Origin: Rhizodiscina lignyota
Lineage: Eukaryota
Reading direction: 5' to 3'
Length of the DNA stretch: 64,000 nt
Assembly: GCA_010015805.1 (NCBI GenBank)
Contig: ML978130.1
Coordinates: 806,001 to 870,000, forward strand
In this document: piece after piece, positions 55,367-64,000 of the stretch
How the letters are laid out: every line of letters begins with the position of its first letter
How positions within the stretch are numbered: the first letter of the stretch is position 1
Notes under the pieces: generated by a model
Database searches by the model: none
Told to the model about the DNA's origin: nothing
Seen by the model: the letters and a program-made list of their open reading frames with translations, nothing else
Position numbers and translations under genes: made by a program

Positions 55367-56704
55367 TTATTCCCGACTGCCTTGCCCCGACTGTCTCATC
55401 CACAAGTCCTTCCGATCCACTCTTCTCGCGTCCTCTGTCGAAGCCTCCGCAAACGGATGACTTCCAAATTGACTCCTGTTCCCCAGAACGACGCCTCGTT
55501 GCTGCCACGAAATAGCGTGATTCATCACGTTCTGCTCGTAAAAATCCCAGCTCACCTCTCCTTTAAAGGCCTGGTCAAGCAGCAGTGCATGCAGCGCAGC
55601 CTGGCCCGTCGAGCCCGCCGTATGCGGCCGAAACGCTGCGAGAGAGTCGCCCACAAGCAATGCTTTGCCACCCAAAAGTCGAGGTTGTGGACTTGGCGGT
55701 AAGTCAGCAATCGCTTGGACGAACGGCTTCTTTGTCTTGTGCACCAGCTCAGCAAACTGAGGGGGAAGGGCAGCGGTTGCCGTGTCTTTCTGCTTCTCCC
55801 ATACACGAGGCTGCATCTTGCCTCCGGTTGGCAAGGTCCAGCGGTGGGTGTTGCCATCGGTATCTGTCATGACATTTCGGAGTTCTTCAGAGCCATCGGC
55901 GAGATTCCAGTACCACACCCAATTGACTAACCTCTTACCGGATTCCAGCGAACTTTCTGGACCCGGAATTGTGTAAGCGAGAATCTGCGTGCTAGATCCA
56001 TGGTAGAATGTAAAGCGCTCCACGAAAACGTCTGTTGCAGCTTGTGAGAGCTCTTGCTCCGGCACTGTGCCCCTGAAGGCAACGTACCCAGCGTAAGTTC
56101 TCACCTTCGCTTCCGGGACGAGTTGTTTGCGGAGATGTGAACTCGGCCCATCTGCGATGATGACGAAGTCTGCTTCCAAGCTTCCACTGCCGCCCGCACT
56201 CCCCTCTCGCACGTCGTCAAATTCGACTTTAACTTTTTCTCCCAAATCCTGGAGCACCGTCGCGCTCCTCCCGTACTCATAAACACCTCTCCCCTCTCCT
56301 TCCTGCGATCCCTCCGCTCCTTCAGGCACATAAGCTGTCCTCCGCCCATCGAAGTTAAACCTGCTCAAATAGTAAAGTAGATCCCAACTCGTCATTCGCT
56401 GCTCCCAGCCCTCTCCATCAATTACATTTCCCTTTTGGTCCAGATACAGGCGCTCTTGACTGCGAACACTGAGGCCGCCCTTCAATCCCTCTGTGCCCCG
56501 TCCAGAGCGGTCGAAGCGTCGGAAGAACTCCGCTGTCGAAGTGCCTGTGACAATACCTGCGCCTTGGTCGTGTAGCAGGGGTGTCGGAGATCGCTCGAGA
56601 ATGGTGACATTATGGCCTTGCCGGAGGAGTGGTATGCCGGTGAACAGACCTGCGAGAGAGCCGCCGACTACAACAATGTCTTTCTTTGGAGATGGTGAGG
56701 ACAT
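55367..56704 (-). CDS. FAD-dependent aromatic hydroxylase, 2,6-dihydroxypyridine 3-monooxygenase-like
   Basis: VVGGSLAGL, DQGAGI, IADGPSS, YAGYVAFRG, NWVWY, LVGD...RPHTA; probable start at MSSPSPKK. Confidence 0.85.
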   Translation of the reverse strand: MSSPSPKKDIVVVGGSLAGLFTGIPLLRQGHNVTILERSPTPLLHDQGAGIVTGTSTAEFFRRFDRSGRGTEGLKGGLSVRSQERLYLDQKGNVIDGEGWEQRMTSWDLLYYLSRFNFDGRRTAYVPEGAEGSQEGEGRGVYEYGRSATVLQDLGEKVKVEFDDVREGSAGGSGSLEADFVIIADGPSSHLRKQLVPEAKVRTYAGYVAFRGTVPEQELSQAATDVFVERFTFYHGSSTQILAYTIPGPESSLESGKRLVNWVWYWNLADGSEELRNVMTDTDGNTHRWTLPTGGKMQPRVWEKQKDTATAALPPQFAELVHKTKKPFVQAIADLPPSPQPRLLGGKALLVGDSLAAFRPHTAGSTGQAALHALLLDQAFKGEVSWDFYEQNVMNHAISWQQRGVVLGNRSQFGSHPFAEASTEDARRVDRKDLWMRQSGQGSRE

Positions 56705-57589
56705 TGTAGAGTGAGAAAGGCTGATAAGGGAAGATGACAAAGGATGAAACGGTATTTTATTTCCGAAAGTTGATGCAAGGTCGCTCAGTCGTCGAAATGT
56801 CAAGTTGAAGATCATTACAAGAGTGGTCAGACCGAGTGCGAATTTATACCTACATTGCAAAAGAGACTTGGATGTATCCGGCCATCCGTCTTCCATGTCA
56901 AACATGTTGTGAACTTCGCCGCCCATGTCATAGCTGAGTAATGCAACTCTACAGCCTCAGCTCGGTGTTAAAGGAGCCATTAACACGTGTGCCAAGCCGC
57001 CTTATACAACGAAGACTCGGCATTGAGGACTTATATAGACTGCGATAGATGATTCCAAGAATCTCTTTTGCTTAGATGCATGAGAGATCGATCGCCGGTC
57101 GGACCGAGAAGGGGGACTGGAACTGGAGGAGACAAACGGACGCTAAGCTTAAAGGGGGTTTAAAATGGGAGGTTGGAATGACTCGTGCCCAACGTTCCTT
57201 ACCAGGTCCCGTTCCTCTGGAAGCATTTGAAATTAGCGATTTTCTTTTGTCAAGCTCTCCAAACTTCGCACATAGTCACTGTAGTACCATTCCCGGAATT
57301 AGTTATTAGCGTGTATGATTTAGCATTCCTTCCATGTGCCTCGACGTTATCCTGCGGAGTCCCTGTCTTCAAAAGGACGATAATTTGCGTTGAAGGATTC
57401 GTCCCACGTCCTGCAGCCCAGGGCCCGATCCTGATCCAATGGGCTGAACGATCTGCAGCGTCTTACGGTCTTCGTATTGTGTAACTTAGCGTTCATCGTG
57501 GCCTTCAGCCTCACCTACCTACTTTGATTTTTGAAGGTGGCTGTCCCGCTCTGTAAGGGCGATGTTGACACGTCTAAAACGCGATCGCT

Positions 57590-59346
57590 ATGTATGGCGC
57601 CGCACGCAGAGCAGTCGATGTATCATTTGCAGAGAAGGGGCGTGGAAATGCCTCATTCATAGAGGTCACTAAGTATGCGAATGTAAGTAATTCTTAAAGG
57701 AGCCTTCTGTTTGAAATGGTTTGATTGACACCGACAGATTGATGATTTCTCGCCGAGCGACTTTCGATATGGCAAACTCAAGGATGCTGAGATCGCGCAA
57801 TGGATCGAACAAAGCGGTCGCTACCAACCTACAAAGGCATCTTCAGGGTCAAAAGATGTCGTCGGTGGTCTCCGCATATTGCTTTGCGAGCGAGCCTACG
57901 GGCTGAAGTTTGATCTTGATCTTGAGACGTATACCACATTGGAGTCGAAGTTTCATCTTCCCGCTGCGACAATCCCAACTTTGGCTAACGAGGCTGGAAC
58001 GTATTCTCGTCATTTCACATATGACAAATCCGACATAAACAAGGTTACACGCATTGGTACGTTTGCTGAAAATAACAATTCAAGGCGTCACTAACTCTAA
58101 TGCAGGTATTATCATCAAGATGCCTCAAAAGCGTGAGATTGCCAATTACGGTTTATCCATGAGTTACGACCTTGATACTGGCTGCACCACCGCATTTATC
58201 TTCGCCTCCGAAATAATGACCCCGTTCGAGACGCGCAATTCGGAATCGAGAGCCATTAAGTACTCCCCACGTTGTAGCGAGGCCCAGCACAGGGTCCCAA
58301 AGCATGATTTGACCGACAAACGCGCAGACGACAAAGTATGGTCTGCCTCAAAGATTGCTATGGAGGAGAGTAGCAAGATGTGGCATACGGAACTAGGGAG
58401 TGTGATCGCAGACTTCTACGATGCTTGGGCTCATCCCACGTGCCTGCCATGCATCATCTTAACTGACCATATGCGCCGCACCAAGCACTTCTGCGAATGG
58501 GGAAAGCCTATGCAGTTAACATGGGAAATTGAACGGGATTTAGGGGTCACTTCGGTTGGGTCTCCGTATGCTTTTGTCCGCGGAGCCTCGTCAGCATATA
58601 GTGTGCAACACATTGATCGAGCGAAAGCAGAAGAACTCACTGTCCGCATCAATACTCAGAGTACGCGCATCCTTTTCACCTCTCGCTCACCAGAGCTAAA
58701 TCGGCGATGCTCCGAGTATATGCTGGCGGTCCACAATATGCTTCCAAAGCTGGGATCTTTTGATCAACTCGGCGGCCCTGTCCATAGCCAACTAGCGGAA
58801 GTTCTTGAATTCAATATTCATCAGGCCGAGGCCGTCAGAAGTCATGTGGAGGGCATGAAGGCACGCATGGCGCTGCAGCTCAATGTACTCTACAGCGTTG
58901 TTGCCCAGGAAGATAACCGGCTATCAGCAAGGCTTGCAGCGAGCAGTGGGAAAGACAGTACGAGCATGAAGATCCTGGCATTCATCACGGCGTTGTTCCT
59001 TCCGGGCACATTCGTGGCGACGCTATTTAGCATGGGAATGTTCGCCTGGCGATTCGACAATGGTACGAGCGCAAATGGAACCGAAAACAGCAGCACAGTA
59101 TCGAACCAATTTTGGATATATTGGGCAACTGCACTCCCGCTCACTGCAGTAACCCTGATCGGCTGGGCGCTCTGGTGGCAGGTCGAGATGAGGGTCTTCC
59201 GGAAGGCATTTGCAGAGGCCTTGGACGAGGCTGAAACTGTGCCAGCGGTAGGAGGAACGGCTGAAGAGGGCGATGTGAAATTAGATCGCCGAAAAAGACG
59301 ACCAGCATGGTTAAAGACTCTCAAAATCGGAGAAGAGCATTCATGA
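57590..59346 (+). CDS. CorA-like domain membrane protein, 3 exons
   Basis: DSTSMKILAFITALFLPGTFVATLFSMGMF and second helix FWIYWATALPLT; introns at about 57683-57737 and 58057-58106. Confidence 0.8.
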
Positions 59347-60085
59347 TTGAAGTTGTTAATCGGAAACTCAAGCGATATACCAAGTCATCTCATTCAACCC
59401 CCATATTTACGTGTTCTGCGCCACACCTGACATCGAACTTATAGAGAAAGCATCCTAGAAGTTCATCTGATGTATTGCACTTGATGTGAGGCTCTCTAAC
59501 GTTTGGAGCTTGAAGGATCTGGGCCTGCGGCCTGTCTTTGTCTAAGAGACACTAGCTTTGTGATGAGTGATCAGTAGCCTATTGCCTCTCGTCGTAATCA
59601 ATCTTCGATTCTCATATGTCGGCTTCATCTTTGCAGCTTTCGGATTTTAGACACTGCCAATTCTCGTCTTTCCAACCTCCGAATCTCCTGTCAACCATCT
59701 GTCCTCCTCCAAAACAAGCTACTGTATGGTCCTGTCGCTCAGTCATCTATTCTCGGGGATGTTTGTGACACATTTGATCGATTATTAACTCAGAGCGAAA
59801 CTCTCTGTCGGCCTAGCTGAAGTTTTCGTCTGAACATGACATAACGAGGTGCATCGAGGCCGTTGTGTACCTAAGTCCGCGAATAGGGCGAGCAGTCCAT
59901 TTTAGCTCTATACTGACATCAGAACCTCGTTCCTTGTACTCTGCTTTGCAATATGTTACTTCCTGTGGTTACAAGGCGATCCGCTTTGGAGGGCTGGTAT
60001 AAAGGTCAGGATCGTCTTTGAGATATCACTTCTCAATACACATTGGAGAGAAACTTTCTTAACGTGTTTCCGTCTTATCCTCAAC

Positions 60086-60931
60086 ATGACTTTCAAAACT
60101 CTCGATTTCAAGTGCGCGTTGGTATGGAAAGGAACTGTTAACTTTCAGACCACCGCTAACATCACGTAGGTTACGGGCGGAGCTGGAGGCATTGGCCGTG
60201 CCATTGCGGAGTATTTCCTCAAGTTGGGCAAGAAGGTCATCATCTGTGGCCGCACGGAATCAAATCTCCAGAACGCGGCGAGAGAGCTCAACAACAAGAA
60301 TCTCTCGTACTATGTGCTCGACACGAGCGACCTTGCGGCGATCCCGGGCTTCATCAAAAAGGTCACGTCAGAGCACCCTGAAGTAGACTGTCTCGTCAAC
60401 AATGCTGGCGTTCAACGGCCTCTCGATGTGAATGAGATGAAGCCAGAAGAATTCCTATCAAAGGCCGACCAAGAGATCAACACCAACATTGGCGGACCCA
60501 TGCATCTCGCTATTGGACTCTTGCCGCATTTCAAGTCAAAGCCCGGCGCTGTGATCATGAATGTCTCTTCCATACTCGGATTCATCCCGATATCGATTGT
60601 CAATCCCGTTTATAATGGCACCAAAGCGTGGCTGCACTTCTGGTCCATGAACCTGAGGACGCAACTCGAACAAGCGGGAGCGAATATCAGAGTGATTGAA
60701 ATCGCACCGCCAACCGTGTCGACGAATTTACACCGTGAGCGAAAGGATCCGTACGACAACACGAAGGACAAGAATGCTTCTGCCCTGTCAGTAGATGAAT
60801 TCATGCAGGAAGTCATTGCCCAGTGGAAGGAGGAGAAGGATACGATTGGCGCAGGGCCAAGCAAGAAGATTGTCGCGAGCTGGTTTAATGAGTTTGGCGA
60901 GGACTATACGAAGGCAGCAGAAAAGAGATAG
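60086..60931 (+). CDS. Short-chain dehydrogenase (DltE-like), 2 exons
   Basis: ALVTGGAGGIG, VIICGR, NNAGVQ, NVSSILG, YNGTKA (YxxxK), EIAPPTV. Confidence 0.9.
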
Positions 60932-61191
60932 AGCAAGAATCAATGTTTGCTTAGACGAAGCTTAACAAGAGATACATATCTGATAGGCGCTACATATTTG
61001 ATACGAGGAAGGTAAAGCGATTAATGCTATTATTCCCACCATCAACCTGCATATTACGCAACGGAAAGTCTTGTTTGAGATTAAACGTCGGAATTTGAAG
61101 AGTGCTGGCGACCTGCGAAAGTTGATGGTCGCCGTGATGAGATGGTGAGCGACCGAGCCAAATCCGAAAGGCCTGATATGCTCATCACATT

Positions 61192-63393
61192 CTATCCAAG
61201 CCTGGCCGCTTCTTTCAACACGCTTGAAGGTTGCTCCGCCTTGGAATCTGACTTCAAATTCCGGACCGATTGCGCAAGACGTCGAAAGGAAGATATGCCG
61301 GAGTTTCGGAGCGTCGATGGAGATGTGCGATACGAGGTAGAACGCAGTACTAGAGCCTCCTCCTCAGTACTCTGCTGAATCTTCGTTTCTCGTTTAAACA
61401 TTTCCCGTGGGAAACCCCGTGGGAGCCTGGAGGTTTGACGATTTAAGTCCCCCCATAGATACTGCACGACCATTGCGGGCCAACACTGGACTCCGAAAGC
61501 ATTGCTTTGCAACACTTTTACCATGAACGCTTTCTCATAGAGCCCAAGCTTCTTGTCAACTAGAACCGTACGATCCATAGTATAACCCAAACCCACTTGG
61601 ACACCGTCGTCAGGTTCGTAACCATCGGAACGAAGGAACAGGTGAGCGGCATTCGATTCGAACTGAGAGTCGGCTCCGACGAACATGGAGTAGACATAAG
61701 ACGACAGAAATCTTGCAGAGAGACTAAGCAACTCAGTAGACCAATATCCCTCCCGGTGGCGCAAGAATCTTGTCCATAGAACAAGAAAGATCGCTCTCGA
61801 CACATCTTCTTCGTCTCCTCTTCGGTTCCTCTCGAATTCCTGCTCGATTTGTAAAACAGTACGTATGTCATCCAGTTGAGAAGTGCACCAAAGAAGGCAC
61901 ATGCGAAAGCCGTCTGGCACTTCTCCATGTGTCTTTATTTTCGTGTAACTACCCGTGTTGTATATCCAGGTATCGTCAATTGCAGTGCGGATACCAAGTG
62001 CGCGGGTGAAGTCGTAGTAGAGTATACTTAACCAGACAGCTTCAAAATCCGTATCCATTTTCACAGATGAATATATGGCGAATATCCTTTCCTTTTCAAT
62101 GTGACTCGTCATTCCCTCGTCATTATTTTCTCTCGAAAATATTTCAGCAAGCAGCATATGGAAAATGAAAATGTGGACGTGATTAACGTGAGGTTCTGTT
62201 GGACGAAGGGACGCGTGAGTTCTCAGAAGCTCGCTGAGGCTGTGAGATAAAGGGGTTCTCAAGCGATATATATCGTAAGGTTCGTATGCGATATCCCGGG
62301 GCCCTCGGCTAATGACCGTTCGTTTGATACGTGCTCCATCTGTATATTGCTGCAAAAGGTGTTTGACAATGGTCCAATGCGATTCCTCGGAAGCTGTTCT
62401 CGCACAACACAGAATGAGCCAGATCCTAATTTTGTCCTTGCGTGAGCACAATGAACAACTAACAGAAGTAGCGAAGTGTCGCAAAAGAAGGACATAGAGA
62501 GTGAAGGCTTCTCTAGGTTCTTGCATGACTGTAAAGAAGTCGGCAGCATGCTTTATTTCACAGAGGTGATCCAAACTGAAATCGTCAGTATGATCGCGCG
62601 CCTCTGCTGAAATTGTCAGGCAAGTCTGCATCGGGTCGTTGTCCTGTGTCAATGGACCGCTTATTTGCCTCTCCTCGAAGTGACAAAGTCCACTACAATT
62701 TTGGTCGTCGGAAGGTCGTTCGACCTGATGAACATACTCTTCTTCATTCTGTGTCTCCGCAGCTCCAGTGTCGGAAGCCAATTCATTCCAATTCAGTGAA
62801 CATATGTTGTCCGGCGCGTGTCGAACACGTTTTCGTGGTGCAGAATAAGATTCGCCAAGCGAGTGCTGCCGTTTTACGTGCTCGCCTGTTGCCGATTCCG
62901 AGATTTCATGAAATCGTGCACTGTCTCCGTGATCCAGCGGCTCTTGTGATTTCATACGGCATTGCTGAATCTCGGTCGCTGTTGAATAAGAATGGGGTCC
63001 ACGGCACGATGTGTCTTCATGAACCTTTGGTTGCTCCAATCTTGTACTGCAGACCTGATCGTTCACTGCAGGACTTCGAGTTGATGCATTGTACTTGCTG
63101 AACCCCCATTTTTTAAATTGTCGAATATACTGATTATTCCTAAGACCCGAAAGGGACGCGTGTCAATGATGGAAACGTAGTGATAGGAGGAACCTCTGCA
63201 AAGGGATTACTTACGTAGCTATAAACTGATGGACTTTTTCCATATGTTCTATAATGGCCGCAAGGGTCTGGTGTTCCACCAGATAGAATTGACGGAGTTC
63301 TTCCTTGAAGTCTTCCCATTTCTGTTCATGATGTCTCTCGGCATACTTCTTAGGCTGCGTTACCCATTCGAAGTCTTTTAAAGAGGATGCCAT
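61192..63393 (-). CDS. Clr5-domain protein, 2 exons
   Basis: N-terminal KWEDFKEELRQFYL...TLAAIIEHMEKVHQFIAT / QYIRQFKKWGFSK is the Clr5 pattern, spliced to a long downstream ORF. Confidence 0.8.
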
Positions 63394-64000
63394 GGATACA
63401 CAGGGAATGGTCGTAAAATTGCAAACATGATCAATCCAGAAACGGAGTGAGCAGGAACCGTAGGAGCCTCGATGGTTGCACTATGGCAAGTTCGGTTTGC
63501 GAATTCTTCTGAACGTTAGCATTAGGTACATTATTAACAAGGACGCACTTCCTTATTGGTTAACAGCCTTGTGGAAGACGCTGCCCCTGCCGCTGAGTTT
63601 TGAAAATTTGCATTCCCTATTTCGTGTTAGCCTGTCTCATGTTCCTTCAGCCTTGCGATGTGGCGGCGCCCGACTCCTTTCTCCATCAGCCAATCAACGT
63701 TATTATCTAACAATTTGCATTTCCTATTGTAGTATGGATCATTACCAGACTTCTACTGCTTGGATAGGTTTATGTCTTCACCGCTTGTCTTCCATGAGGC
63801 AGATGAAAGCTGTGGCCCTCGTCGACGGCACCTGTGGGAATTCAAAATCATCTCAGGCTGACGAGAACCGACTGTCAAGTGTTTGGAGTAGTTGCCTGAT
63901 CTTGCATTTCCAATGTAGGAAATGAAATATTCGAATGATGATAGATTTAAGGAGGCCTTTGCATCCACGGAGACTGTGGTAGTGATCTCATTATCTAGCC

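Noticed and set aside
1..64000. Transposons, Starship captain, CRISPR arrays, rDNA, telomeric repeats, AT-rich RIP blocks
   Set aside because: No transposase, reverse transcriptase or tyrosine recombinase motifs, long repeats or marked composition shifts were seen

Overview
Eukaryotic, gene-dense fungal DNA (about 50% GC, short GT-AG introns with CTAAC/CTGAC branch sites, Zn2Cys6 and fungal C2H2 regulators), most consistent with a filamentous ascomycete (Pezizomycotina). About 33 protein-coding genes are supportable. Conserved housekeeping genes (LCL2, NOP10, NOB1, AP-1 mu on the left; RTT109, MRPL15 on the right) flank a ~27.5 kb block (23080-50526) of 14 metabolic, transport and regulatory genes. 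The block holds three SDRs, two zinc MDR polyol/diol dehydrogenases, an aldo-keto reductase, a VOC protein, a LeuB-type decarboxylating dehydrogenase paralog, a peroxisomal hydratase-2, a Baeyer-Villiger monooxygenase, a dihydroxyacetone-synthase-like transketolase, two sugar porters and a central Zn2Cys6 transcription factor, but no sugar kinase. It is the best candidate for an undescribed system: a self-regulated catabolic cluster for an unusual sugar, polyol or diol. No rRNA, convincing tRNA, intact transposon or CRISPR array was seen. Exon boundaries were read by eye and family calls come from motif recognition, not database searches.
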